From NCBI GenBank assembly GCA_001179505.1, contig CDMY01000040.1:62001-126000 (forward strand): DNA of 64,000 nucleotides, given 5' to 3'. Shown here piece after piece: positions 25,345 through 39,977 of this stretch. Each line of letters begins with the position of its first letter. Position 1 is the stretch's first letter. The position numbers and the translations under genes were made by a program. The stretch comes from Vitrella brassicaformis CCMP3155 (lineage: Eukaryota > Protista > Chromerida). A model generated the notes under the pieces. It was not told the DNA's origin, did not search any database, and saw only the letters and a list, made by a program, of their open reading frames with translations.

Positions 25345-26113
25345 TCAGAGGCAGATGGTGTCTTCTTTGCGCTGCCACTGAGACGCTGCCACAACACACA
25401 CAAATAAGCTGAGGTATCGGTATCTATCTCTGTGTATTCTGGCCAACTGACCATTCTGCTTTTTGCGATCAATCAACCAGTCGCATGCCACAACCGCGAT
25501 TAGGACGGCGAGGCACAGCAGCACGACAGACCAGCCAAAGCGCATGTCATTTCGCAGTCTGCGCCAAACAAACACACACGCCTTTCCTTTGTGTCTGTCT
25601 GTACTCTTTCTGTGGGAGCGTCACCTCCGTCTCTCGGCAGCGAGCCGTTCTTCCAGCAGCAGCTGTCTGTCTTCGCTGTCGGTCTTGATGATGTGATCCA
25701 CGGCCGCAAATCGGTCAGAGTAGTCCTGACAAAGACAAACAGAGTGCATCCCATCCATGGGTGTTTGCTTCAGTATTTCAGCCATGACTGCTGCTGAGCG
25801 TGTCCCCCCTCACCTCAGGCAGCTCCCGTTCGCTCATTGCCCTCACGAGACTCAGTGAGGTGTCCTGCTGCTGACCGTCCATCTCTGTCACACACACACA
25901 TAGACAGACACACAAACAGAGAGAGTGAGTGATTCCCATTCTGCGTGTCTCTTGCTGTGCTGTGTCTCGTGTTATCAGACCGTGAGCGAGGAACTTGTCG
26001 AGCTCTGTTCTCAGCCGCGCGTTTCGCTGCTTGAGTGCGCTGTCTCTGTTTGCGTGTGCATGTGTGGCACACAGCAGCACGAGCAGGGCGACGGCAGACA
26101 GAAGGCGAAACAT
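25345..26113 (-). CDS. Small single-pass membrane protein with signal peptide and short helical/coiled ectodomain, multi-exon
   Basis: MFRLLSAVALLVLLCATHAHA signal peptide; internal exons (MDGQQQDTSLSLVRAMSERELPE; DYSDRFAAVDHIIKTDSEDRQLLLEERLAAERRR); TM FGWSVVLLCLAVLIAVVACDWLI followed by DRKK. Flanked by AG/GT sites. Confidence 0.55.
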
Positions 26114-26601
26114 GGTGTGGCGACCGGGTAATTGTGTGTTTGATTTGATTTGGGCCGATCAATGCAATGCGCATATATGTGTGTGCAATGTGTATGTGGA
26201 GATCGAGGTATACGTATACGTATACGTATATCGTTTGTTGGTTGACGTGACGCTTTTTCCCATTCATTGAAGGCGCACAAGACACACCCAGATCGATGAG
26301 TGGCGGCAGCGGCAGCGGCGGGAGAAAGGCCATGCATTCATGCAAACAGGGGGGTCTCACCCATGAGCCATGCACACGAAGATGTACACGTGACATGCGA
26401 TCGATGGCAGACAGCCACACGAACATGAAGGGGTAGGGCTGTCAAACACTCTCTTCACATCAAGCGGTGGATGTGTTGGTAGAGGCGCCTGTCTGGCTCT
26501 GATTGCAATGTATGCGTGTCAGCACACGAAAGGCGCACCAGAACTGGACACGGCCTCCCTCTCTCTCTCTCCACTGTGTGTGTCTGTGTGCGCGTGTGTG
26601 C

Positions 26602-29390
26602 TCATTCCTCCTCCTCTTGTTTGACGACAACATCCTTTTCTCTCTTGACGGCATTCTCTGTCTCTCTCTTGACCTTCCTTCTGGTCTGGCTTGGCCGCAG
26701 CACCACAGTGCCATCTGTCCTCTCTGTCACGCGCACTCTCTTCTTGCCTGCCTTCCTCAGCTCGCCAGCCAGGTCAAACGCGGGCCCGAAAAGGGGCGGC
26801 TTGTCCACACGCAGCACAACACACTTGAGGGCAGGGAAGTTGGAAAAGGCCTTGACCACACACTCAACGAAGGTACCGTGCATTTCGCGCGTTTCGTTTA
26901 CGTGTGCCTGCCCGGCGATGTGCACATCGATACACGACACACGGCCGCTCTCCATGAACTCCCGACCTGCCTCGCTGCAGCTGAACTTGACGTAAGAGCA
27001 GCAGTCAACGTCAAGTTTCACCTGCACCTCTACCTCCTTGCCTTCGCTCGACATGAACCCTAGGCCATCAGGCACCAGTGTGCACGTAGCCCTAGGCTTA
27101 TCATATAGATCGGGAAACTCGAAACATACCTTACTCAGAAAGGGAGAGAGGGCATGCAACACGTCACCCGCCCCACACTCATAGAAGTCCTCGCCCCACC
27201 CCTCCTCCTCCTTGTGCGACACGACCACCGACGAGACGCGTGGGAACACGGCCGCCGGATTGCTCGTGATGTAGGACGGGAGCGTCTTCTTGCCGCCCCC
27301 TGCCATGGTGGTCAGCTCGGTCGCCGCCTCGCAGACGAGTGAGTCTAGGCCGGGGATCTTCTTGACGTGGTCTGATCTTCTGCATGCGTCGAGGGTGACC
27401 TTGTCAGCCTTTCGGCAGCACAGCTCCACTGTGGCGAGGCAGTCGGCGAGGGCCTCCCCATCGCCGGTGAAGGGCAGGTGGAGGTGGAGGTCCGTGGAGG
27501 TCTTGTTGGCATCGCGGAGTCGGTTGTACCTGCAAGGGGCGTGGCGGCGAGCGAGGGGCAGGTGGAAGTACGTCTCGCTCGCCGAGTCAGCACTCAGGAG
27601 CTTGGACCGGAAACGATGCAGCTTCTGAATGGAAAGATACATGCAGACACGAGTCAGTGTTGAGTAAGTTTTTCCATCAGCGTGTCCAACAGCCGCCCAC
27701 CCACCCACCTGGATGTATTGCGATGTCTGCACTTCGGCGAGTCCCATCTCGATCTCATCCAGCGGGCCGATGTCCGTCGCGATGTGGTCGATGAACGCGT
27801 CATCAGGCACCTTGCCGTAGTACAGGGACTGGCTCTGCTGCTGGAACGACACGCGACCAGTCAACGACGTCAGGCTCTGGGCTGCATCCATCACACGCAC
27901 ACAGAAACACAGAGAGCTGGGGATGGCTGGCGGGCCCTCAGGCGTCGGTCCTCTGCTTGCTTATATACCTGAGGGTGTGTCTTTGAGGAAATTCGCCACT
28001 TGGTCGAGCCGCACCTCATGCGAGCGGCCGATATCCTCCTGCAATAAGCACAGGGCATGGATATGTGACCTCATGAATGCATCCTCCCTCCCTCCTTCCC
28101 TCCCTCCCCCACCTCGTCAGATATGAGGTGCAGCGACTTGATGCCGCTGTCTCGGATCCACTGGCGAGGGCCACGCGTGTCGAGGTTGACCAGGCCGAGG
28201 TCCTTAAGGACCGGCAGCTGGTACTCGCGGTCCTCTGCGATCTTGACCCACACGCTGCGGATGGACGCCGACTCCAAACGCTCAAACACGATCGGCCCCT
28301 GATTGATTGATGCACGGGATACACAGCGCGTGTATTATCAGTCGGTCCTTGTCGTGTCCTCCCCTCGCCTCCCCTGCTCACGTTCTTGTGTGGCAGGCTG
28401 ATGCGGCTCAAGTTGCCCTTCCTGTTGCGCGTGTCGCGCTCGAAGGGAAGGTCGTTGCCCTTTTTGTCGGTTGGCGGCTCGTAGGGGCACTGCAGGTCCA
28501 CACTCTCAACCTTGGCCGAGAGGCTCTCCAGCAGATACACCAACGACGGCGTGGGGCGATGGTAGACGCTGATGCTCACACACTCAGACAAACGACGACC
28601 TGCATCAAGACACCACACCCAAATGAATATGACAAAGGTACCCATCCGCTCCCCTCTCTCCTTCCCTGCTCACCTATCCACTTCTCAGCGATGTCCATGG
28701 TGGGTGATGCGTCGAGGTCGAGTATGGGGTGCATGCCGGGCTGCTGGGTGAGGGAGCGGAAGTGGCCGTTGACGCTCGACAGCGACTCCATGCACGACAC
28801 GAACCCGACCAAGGCCCCCAAACCCGCACCACCACCCATCCACAGAACCTCAGGCAGCTCCTCCAGAGGAGACTTGACCTGACATTCAATCAGTCACACA
28901 ACAGCCAGCCCATGAAGTGATGCTGTTTCCCTCCCCTCTCCTTGTGCCTGGTCGCATACCTCCTCAGCCTTCGGATCCAACGCATCAATGTCCAGCCACC
29001 ACACACACACACGTAAAGGACAGAACCGACGAAAAATGACTGATCCATCCATGGGTGCACCCCTTTGCTTCCCTCATCCATTTGTACCTCCATCTGATGG
29101 CCCTCCTCTGTCGCTTGAGCCTTGGATCTGCCGCCCTTCTTCTTGGGTTTGGCCTCGGCAGCCGCCTTGTCCGCCTTGTCCTTCTTATCCACCCGCTGCC
29201 CCTTCTTGGCAGCCTTGGTGGTGCGGCGGCCCCTCTCCTCCCACTCTGACCCATCCTCCTCACCGCCACCACTGCTCACGTCCACATCCATTGACGGCTT
29301 GCGCTTCCGACCCACACCTGCCGCAGCCTCAGCAGCTGCAATGGCGGCCTGGCGTTTCGTCATGCGATGCTCAAAACCCTCTGACGCCAT
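26602..29390 (-). CDS. F-box-like / LRR-like hypothetical protein (lineage-expanded-type family), multi-exon, with a Lys-rich NLS-like N-terminus
   Basis: Exons MASEGFEHRM..GRKRKP; VKSPLEELPEVLWMGGGAGLGALVGFVSCMESLSSVNGHF (F-box-like); YHRPTPSLVYLLESL; a long final exon ending KQEEEE*. Start codon uncertain. Confidence 0.6.
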
Positions 29391-29403
29391 CGCTGCTGGC
29401 GAT

Positions 29404-30384
29404 ATGGTCGCAAGCGCTACTTGTTCTCGACAGCTCGCGCGGCAAAGGTGGCGGTCGAGAAGAAGGGCAAGAACAAAGGACGTCAAGAAGGCCAACACCA
29501 AGCCACTACGCCTGACGACGTCGAGATGTCGGCACAGATCCAAACACAACGAGCGGATGGGCGAGAAGATGTGTCTGCCGTGTTTCGTGAGGTCATGAGG
29601 AAGCGTTGGCGGCTTGGTTGGCGGCTCTGGCCGAGGTGGCGGGGCAACTTCAGGCACAGATCAACATGGTCAACGACGCAAAGGCTAAGGTGAGTCAATG
29701 AGGGAGCAGAGGGGCGAGGCGAGAGGGCGAGGGTTGGTGCGTGTCGTGTTTGTTCCGCACAAGCGCAGCAGATGTTGGATGCGAAGGCTGCCCTCCCCGC
29801 CCCCGACACATTCGCCGAACAGAAACACATGCAGGTTAGCCGCCACACACAACACAGGTACCTTTGTTCCATAGACATCCCGCCTCTCCTTTTGCTGTTC
29901 AGGAGGTTGACCGCCACTACCGTGTGCTGACGGCCATGGTGAGGTGCGAGGCGGACATCAAGATCTCCACCGTGGACAAGACGGCCAAGCAGCAGGTGGA
30001 AGCATGTGTCAAGAAGCTCGACGTCATCCTAAACACCATGGACAAACTCAACCAAGATGAGGTGGGCACCACACACCCGCATACACACAAAAAGCTCCGT
30101 CGAGGGTGGGTGGGTTTATCATTTCTCTGTGCGTTCTGTGGTGTATGTGTTTGTAAGGTGAGGTCTGGTTTGGATGAGTTGCCTGAGGCGCTGTGGATGA
30201 CGACCGAGGAGGGCTTTGGTTTGGGTGCCTACCTGGGCTACCACACCTTCATGACATCCCTCTCCACCATCAACGCACATTTCAGCCACCTCAGCCGCCA
30301 GCCCGCTGCCCACCCCATCGTCGACATCTATGCCAGTCCCACCAAACGCACCGCAGCCAAACTGCCCAGTGAGAGATAGCACAC

Positions 30385-30417
<33 letters not shown>

Positions 30418-30899
30418 GTGTCCATTCTCGAGTGCGTGTTTCATATTTGCAGGTCGTGTGTCTCAGTGTCGCTCCTTGCATGTGCATCACCGCCCCACCC
30501 CTCGGCTCGTCACTTTGCTTGAGCAGCTGGCGGCCACCATCGAGACCGTCGAGCTCCAAGGCACACGGCAGCGGAGAGGGCAGAACACCGCAGAGGTGCC
30601 GAGCAAGGAGAGCCCCACTGCGTTCCCCAAGCTGCGCAAGGCGACGGTCGGCTCAGTGTGGGAGGGCATCGCACCCGGGCTTGGGTTTGCAACGCGTCGT
30701 CGGGCCTTTCGTCCCTGCACTTCATCATCAGGCCGCTTCTCTGGGCTGCCCGACACCTGACGCCACGCCATTCATGAGGTGCTGGTCATATTGGCTGTAT
30801 TCAAGCTCACGTCGCCAGTGGAGTGTTGATGGCACACAGTCAGATGGCCATGGTGTCGACGATTTTCCTGAGGACGAAGACGACGAAGAGGATGAATAG
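29404..30899 (+). pseudogene. Disrupted paralog of the 26602-29390 gene, in head-to-head orientation
   Basis: VRSGLDELPEALWM..GLGAYLG..PIVDIYASPT and HHRPTPRLVTLLEQL align with the minus-strand gene and have the same flanking intron positions. Apparent frameshift at ~29597 (VM|EEALAA) and another near 30710. Boundaries approximate. Confidence 0.55.
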
Positions 30900-31254
30900 T
30901 GCATTGCATTTGCTGGTTGCCTCAATGATAGACGTTTATGGTCATGGAACAATGAGTTCAATAGCATTCAAAAGTCAGTCAGTTTCAAAAGATAACGAAT
31001 TCTGTGTGCAGTGTGGGTGTCTGTGGGTGAGGCAGCTCACGCAAAGGGCCTTTACAGATACACGAAGGCACTTTGCTCAACATGTCTGTACAACACGTAC
31101 TCTCCACGCACACGCACACACGAACATGTTTTACACGTTGTCACAAATAGACACGACCAACGGTGGACTCACCTACGGGTCTGACGAGGCCTTACTCTCT
31201 CATAGTCCATCGATATCCTATCCACTCACTGCAGCTCATCTGCGCTGCACTGGC

Positions 31255-34200
31255 CTACAGCTCATACCCGCGGGCTGTCGTCTCGACCTCGTCCTTGTCG
31301 GGGTCATATGTGGCAATGAGCAGCTCCTCACCAGCCTTGATGTCACGGGTGGCAATGATGGCCACCTCCATGTGGTGCTGCTGGCCTTCCCCCCTCTCCC
31401 TGCCGCTGCTGCTGCCGCTCCTCCTCTTGCCACTGCTGCTGTTGTCTCAACCAGGTCTGGGGCAGGCCCCTTGCACCTCACCTCAATCCACTTCACCTGC
31501 ACAACAAAGAAACACACAAACAAACAAGCAAACAAAGAAACAACCACCAGTGAAGTTTGGATGATGTGGCATATTGGGATGTTTCTGTGTGGCAGCGACG
31601 TACGTTGGCGTTGGCTGGCGGGGAGGGGTGGGCGACGTTGATGAGCCACGAGGGGTCCAGCTCGGGGCAGGCGAGCACGAGCTCCTGTATACACGGACAA
31701 TGCATGTAAAATGAACACACATATCACCACCCACCCACCCACCCATCCACTCAGCCTACCTTGGCCTTGATAAGCACGAGTGGGTAGAACATGTAGCCCT
31801 TAGCTAAGGCATATGGCATTAGCTCACGAACCTGAGCGGATAAGCAGGACGAGCCATGATATGAATGAGGACTCATGGGGACACTTGACTCGTATAGTCC
31901 AGCCCACCGCACCTTGTTCATGGCAGCCTCGTCATCGACTTCGGCTGGGAAGCGGAATCCCAGCGTGTGGGTCACGGTTTCGCCTCGCCGGCGAGCGATG
32001 GAGGTGAAGAGGCCTCTCTGGCCCGGCGGTGCCACCAAAGACTGAGCTACATACGTCTTGCACTCCTGCATGACGACCAATGAACAAACGGCAAGCTTCG
32101 TTTACCCATCCTCCCTCTCTCTCTGCTGGCCTCCTCCCCACCTCTAGCCTATTGAGCATTTGATGATATCTGGGGAGGTCGTCACGGCGCAGCAGCCGAT
32201 GGCGGTCGACCTCATCTGCTATCTTACTGTACGCGTCACCATCCTGACATGCCGTGCAAGATAGAGGCACACAGACAGCGACATGAGATGTGCTCGATTT
32301 GGATGAATGAATGCTACCCACCCAGCCACCTACTAGACGTGTCTCTATGAAGCGCACCTCTGTTGGCCTTTGCTCTCCCCTCTCTCCTCTGCCGCCGCCG
32401 GGCCATCCTCGCCCCCGTGACCCCTCGCTGCGGTGAGGCCGCCATTCCGCTGTGCTGACGACCTGAGGCGGTTTTTGAGGGGTGTGCGCGGGCGGGGCAA
32501 CGGGGGGCTGACAGCTGCAAAGGGGCTGCGATCCTCACTCACGTCGGCAACTTCAACAACACTCTCCAAGGGCACATCATCTACAGGACTCGCTTCTCCC
32601 TCCCGTCCCCCCTTGCCCCTCAGTCCACCGCGGCTCTAACTCTCCGACTGCGATGCTCCCTCCGTGAGGTCGCTTCCCTTCTGAGGGCCGTGACGCTGGC
32701 CAGAAGGTGGAGAGGCCACCGCCATCGACTCACGCGCCGCATGGGGATCCTCACCTCCCACACCCATGCCCATGCCCTCCCCCTCTCGCTCGGCGCCACC
32801 ACCCTGACGCTCGCCCCGGCCCATCTCGTCACCACCTCCACCCAGAGCCTCGCCCGCACCCCCGAGGCCCACAGACGCAACCCCGCCGCTGATGGTGGGT
32901 GCCGGTGCTGACGGCTTTGCTTTGGGTGGGTATCTGAGGGCCATCATGGCGTCGAAGCGCGTCTTGTCGTGGGCTGACGGTAGGGTTGCGGTGGCCGCGG
33001 TGGCCATGGCCTCCAGCTGCTGTGGGGGCACCCGAGCCGTCTGGCTGGCTGCAGGGGGGTTGATGGTGATGGGAGGGAAGGCAAGACCCACGCCGCCCAG
33101 GGCAGGCGGAGGTAGCTACCCGTGTCCTGAAGAAACACGTACATGGAAGGAAGAATGGACACACAAATGGATGGATGGATGGATAGTCTCTCTCATGTGG
33201 ATCTTCGTGTGTGTGTATGTGGGTGGGCATCTGCGCACCTTCACGCCGGGGATGCGGCAACGAATGCCTGGCGGTGCAGACCTCCAAAACAAATCACCGA
33301 AGGAAATCGGGCCGAACGTGGGAGCAGGGGTACCGTTGCCGATGTTGCTCGGTGGCTGGATGGGCAGAGGCGCGGCAGCAGCAGCGGGGGCCGCGCCGGA
33401 GGAGGCGTTGGCCACCGCCTCGCACCCCATGGCCTCTTCTCCCTCTCCCTCTCCCTCCCCCGCACCACCACCCCCACCGAGCTCCTCCCCACCAACAGCG
33501 ATGGCAGGCTCGGCCACCTGCAGCAGCACGTCCGCCTGGCCATCTACCGGGGCGGGTGGGGGTGCGACGGTCGCTATGGGCACGTCGCGCTGCTCGAATC
33601 CCAGCTGGGAGGATGCAGATGGGAGGAGCACCGCATCGGGCACATCGGGTGCGACGTCGGCGTCCATAGGAGAGCGATGCCCAAGCAGACGGCCGTCGGC
33701 AGGAGTCTGCCGGTAGGGGATCTCGCGACGCGCCGCGACCGAGGGCGAGGCGAAGAGGGGAGAGTGCGCCGCATGTGATGCGCAGGGCCGCTGCGATCGG
33801 CGTGCCGTGTCCTTCTCCCTTGGTCTGTGGCGCCTGCACGGCTCATAGGTCTCCAGGACCTCTGCGACGGGGCCGTCCGCATGTGGGCTGCCGGTCGCGC
33901 CTGTCAGCCGATGACCTGACGCCTTGGTCTCAGATGCAGGGGCGGGGAGTGTTTTGGGAGGGAGGGGAGGGATGAGAGGGCTTCCGCGTGTGTGTCATGG
34001 CCGCATCAGACGGCGAGGCCACCATCGGCTGGTGGTGGGACGGGATAGCAGGTGGGAAGAACGGCACGCCATCCTGATGAGTCGGAGAGAAAAAACCACC
34101 GATCCATTGACAATGGTATGTGTTTGGTTTCTCTCTCTCTCTCTCTCTCTATCTTGTCCACCTGCAGATCCTCGACGCCAAAGGAAGTACTCATGTCCAT

Positions 34201-34800
34201 CTGAGAGATCAATCCAACCATCCATTCAATCAATCCGACGCGTCAGACACGTAAGGCATGTCTGTCTGTCTGCCTGTCTGCCTGTATGCGCACTCCTGTG
34301 TCATCCAGCCCCAGCAAAGGCGGCCCCTCCAAATCGACGGCAACAGGCAAAAGATGCGACCTCAGCTTTTTGCCCTCCCGCTCCTCCTTGTAGGGGCCCG
34401 TCCTCTTCTTCCCTCTCCCTTGCCTGGCCTCCTGGGACTTTGGCAAGAGGGTGTTTGTGGACGAGCGCGAGGGGCCTTTGTGCGTTGGCAGGTGCCGCGG
34501 ATGCCTTGTGGTGCCCGCTGCCGTCATTGCAGGCTGGCCATGATGGGCGAAAGCGGCGCTCGCGGCCAGCGGAAAGGCCACGCCGCTGGATGGGATGGCA
34601 TTGGGGGGGAGGGGGAGGGGGAGGGGGGCCGTGGAGCAGAAAGGGACCGTCGGATGAGGATGACGGTGAAGGGACGGGGCGTGGCTGCTGTACATGGCTC
34701 CAGATGGCTCACTACGGTACATGGTGACGTTCTTGCCGCTGCCGACTGCTCGCCGACTGCTGCGAGTTGCCGCTCCAGCGCAATTGGCAGCGGCAGACAA
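31255..34800 (-). pseudogene. SET-domain (lysine methyltransferase-like) gene with multiple reading-frame disruptions
   Basis: SET-like segments KTYVAQSLVAPPGQRGLFT..RRGETV, SWLINVAHPSPPANAN and EVAIIATRDIKAGEELLIATY (ATRDIKAGEEL at 31321-31353). In-frame TAG at 32636-32638 with the frame continuing beyond it. 1-nt deletion at 33096-33098 relative to the copy at 51386-51389. Further frame breaks near 32360 and 33930. Confidence 0.6.
32755..33597. repeat. Segmental duplication, copy A (direct repeat of ~51030-51886)
   Basis: Long near-identical runs seen by eye (e.g. ccctccccctctcgctcggcgccaccaccctgacgctcgccccggcccatctcg), including an intron with (GATG)n. Identity not computed. Confidence 0.9.
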
Positions 34801-35075
34801 TAGCCAATACGTCCTTTACGTAGCCTTTACATTATTGCGGTCGTAACAGGAGATATCTTCTCTCTCTCCTCCTTCCTTTCTGCGCATTTACGTGCGCCGA
34901 GGTAAATTTCTCCTCCCTCTTATACCTAAACCAACAGACAGAGGGACAGAGAGACAGACACCACAGTGAGAAGCGATGGTCACAATGTGCTCTAGTGTCA
35001 TCTGCCTGCTGGCCTCTCTGCGTCCACGTGTGGATGGATGGATGGATGGATGGAAAGGGGGATCGTGTTCTTATA

Positions 35076-35375
35076 NNNNNNNNNNNNNNNNNNNNNNNNN
35101 NNNNNNNNNNNNNNNNNNNNNNNNNNNNNNNNNNNNNNNNNNNNNNNNNNNNNNNNNNNNNNNNNNNNNNNNNNNNNNNNNNNNNNNNNNNNNNNNNNNN
35201 NNNNNNNNNNNNNNNNNNNNNNNNNNNNNNNNNNNNNNNNNNNNNNNNNNNNNNNNNNNNNNNNNNNNNNNNNNNNNNNNNNNNNNNNNNNNNNNNNNNN
35301 NNNNNNNNNNNNNNNNNNNNNNNNNNNNNNNNNNNNNNNNNNNNNNNNNNNNNNNNNNNNNNNNNNNNNNNNNNN
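35076..35375. other. Assembly gap (300 N)
   Basis: Run of N characters. Confidence 1.
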
Positions 35376-37130
35376 GATTCATTCGTATATGCCTCCCTAA
35401 CATCACATGCGGATGTAATCTAAGCACAGACTATACTAGGCACGCGGGCTGCACTGATCAACCAATGAGCTCGTGCACGTCCTTTTCGTCATCACCACCG
35501 CCGTCCGTGTCGGCGCAGTGTCTTGCCTCACGCCTGGCGCGGCGACCATCCCGTAGTGACCGTCTGCGGGACGGGACGCCACCTGGCGTGGCCACTCTCG
35601 GCCAGCTCGGCGCCGCCCCTGTCCGTGGCCGCACGTCGGGGGCCGCTGCGGTGCCGTGCCGTGCTGTGGGCGACGTCTTGCACCGCTGGTCGCCGCGTTG
35701 GTATGCTTGGGCGTCTTCTTGCCCTGCGGGCGGACGAGGAATGCCGGTGGCAGTGGGGATGGGATGGCGCCGCTGGCGACGGCCTTGGCGTACTCCTCGT
35801 CCTCGTTTGGTAGTGCGGACACTCATCTGAATGAAGCATACACACACAGGGCCCCACACAGTGATAGAGATGGACATGACATCCACACCCGCCTGTGGTG
35901 TAAGTGATAGAGTGGGTGGCGCTGACCTCCATTGCGAAAGCGGCGGGGATGGATGGATGTGCATCAGCAGCGAGAGGAAGCGAGAGGAAGCGCCGTGCGG
36001 CTCCACATACGTTTGGCTCCTGCTGGCGGCCTTGCCTGATCCCTTCTGTCACGCCGTCGAGGCCCATACCGAGAGAGGGGCGCTGAGGGAAGAGATGCTG
36101 GTGCTGGTGGTGGCTGTGAGAGGGGGAGAGCTGTGCGGCGGCCACCGGCGACAGGCAGGTACACCAACAAACAATGCGCTCAGTCAAATACTGCAGGGAA
36201 GGGACAAACAGACAGACAGACAGAGAGCAATGGATGGATGGATGGATGGATGGATGTGTGTCATGTTGGCCTCCCTCTCCCTGCCTCCCTCTCCCTCTCC
36301 TCTCTCCCTCTGGATCTGTCCTCACCTCAGTACAGGGCAAGTGCGATGTAGGGAAATCTCGACGCTGAGGCGAAGGACAGCGTGCTGCAGGAAGACACGA
36401 TGAGTCAATCAGCCTGCGCGACAAGGAGAGGGACAAGCAGGCAGTAGGTGAGGTGGCTGTGGGTCTCAGGAGGCCATGCAGATACGTACGTTTGTGTGTA
36501 CATAAGAATGGATCTTTTGAGTGAGGGGATGGCCGATGGGTCAGGCAGGCGTCGTCTGTGGGTGTCGCTTAGCATCGGAACGTCTTCCTCACGCCTGATC
36601 AGGCCCGTCTTCCAATGGGGGGAGAGGGGCGGGCGTGAAGGAGGGGAATCTTGCGGTGAAGGAGGGGGATCTTGCTTTTGGGACACCCATCTATCCCCAC
36701 CTAGATGCACAACGGCAGATGGCGCATCAGCAGCGGCCCTTGCAGCAGCGGTTTCAGGAAGTACCCTAAGGGCATGTTTGCCGAGCTCGCAGCGCCTTCT
36801 CCCTCCTTCTTCTCTCGCACCCCCTCCTTATCTCCGAAACAACCGTGAGCAACGTGCACTCAGTTTGGTGGTGTGTGAGCTGTGGTACATAAGCTTCTCT
36901 CTTCCTGTTCGCCTCCATCCTCCGGCCATGCAGCGAACAGCTCCCAAGGACGACCTTCTCAAGCTCCGAATCTCGACTCCCCGGGTAACTATCGCTTGAC
37001 GAAGTTCCCATCAAGAAGGTCAGTTGATACCAGGATACACAAAGGCACAAACGCTGTGTTTAAGCCTATTCTCTGTGTGTGCGTTTGGCGTGCGTGTGCT
37101 TCGTTTCCTCGCCAGGTGGTGAATCACTGA

Positions 37131-38498
<1,368 letters not shown>

Positions 38499-39977
38499 TA
38501 CAGACAGAAAGGGGGAACGGGCAAGAGGATAGGGGAAGCAGGGAGGGAGGGAGGAGGGAGGGAGGGATGCGCTCGGTCCTTTTGCTGAAAAGGGCCCCTT
38601 GTTGTAGCTTAGCAGCCAGACTAGCTCAGCTGATGTGTACCGTACCGACCAGACCTGTTGTGTGTGGAGAGGCAGTCCAGTCAGCCGCCCGGTCAGCCCG
38701 CCCATTCCCTCCATTCCATTGCAACCCAGCCCATCTCCTACGCGAGGTGTATACAAGGAATTCATACAGTACAGTGTGTGGTATATATGGAGTATGTAGT
38801 GAGGTAGGTGCAGCCAGCCATCGCACTGTCGTCTGCTAGCTACTTGCAAGCATGGTTAAAGCTTCGTGAGGTGTCTGTCTGTCTGTCTGTCTGTGTGCGT
38901 GAGTTTGTGAGTGCAGTGGGTGCGTGCGTGCGTGAGGAATATGTGTTTCCTTCGTGTGCAGATGGATGTGTAGTGCCGACAACCCCTTGCCTTGCCTGAA
39001 TGCCTTGTGTGATTTGCGGCAACGTGTTCCGACAATCCCTTGCCACACACACGTATGCATGCATGCTTGCTACACGTCCTTCATTAGCCATTTCTTCATT
39101 CGTCTCACCTCACGCGCCGTCACCTCTCTGCACAGAGTCTCCCTCCCTCTCTGTCCACACGCCGTCCGTCCGTTCGTCGGGCTGGCGGGCTGGCGGGCTG
39201 GCTATCACGCGCAAAGCCACTCAGTCAGTCGTCGTGACGCAGGCAGGCAGGCAGAAATGGGCAACACACACACTCTCTGCGACACACACTTAGCTACACA
39301 CCGAGACACACGCGCGACACAGTAAACGACAGACAGGGGCCCCGAGGCAGGCGCACGCAGGACAACACAGCACAGCACAGCACACAGCACAGCTCAGCTG
39401 GCATCGTGGCTGTGTGTGCGTGCTGGGTGAGGTGAGTGGGTGCCAGTGGGTGAGGGGGGGCGGGCTGCCAGTCCCCAACTCGTACGGACACACGGGTACA
39501 GAGCGATATGACTGACATGAGGTCGAGAGAGGGAGGAGTGTACGAGGGATTGCAGCAAATACACAAGACGAACAACAAACAGGTGTCTTCCCAATAAATC
39601 CATAACACACAGAGAGGTCTATGGACGTATGGCCGGCCAGCTGTAAGAAGGAATCAACCGATGGATGGATGGATCTTGACGGGTGTAGGCATGGCATCGC
39701 ACACACACACACACAGGCAGGCAGGCAGGCACACTGGTCGACGGATGGATGGATGGGTAGCTTGATTGATAAAATGGTGGGCACGAATGCGCTGACGCAG
39801 GCAAGCAAAAGGGACACACAGCCCCCTCCCACCCACCTTCACAACACACACACACACACACACATTGGCTGACTGACTGGCTGACATTGGCACACAAACA
39901 TACGTAAGCAAAGGGGCGGGGCGGGTGGATGGGGAGGGGTCCATCCATCCATCCGTGGAGGCGAGGCTGCCAATCGA

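Noticed and set aside
32636-32638. In-frame TAG as possible readthrough or alternative genetic code
   Set aside because: The same gene also has frameshifts, and TAG terminates other genes here (e.g. at 9699 and 20070), so pseudogenisation is the simpler explanation.
34976-35830. ORFs spanning the N run
   Set aside because: Artefacts of the assembly gap.
35436-37050. Possible minus-strand low-complexity gene upstream of ADH
   Set aside because: Some splice-like signals, but I could not build a consistent model or recognise a domain; left unannotated.
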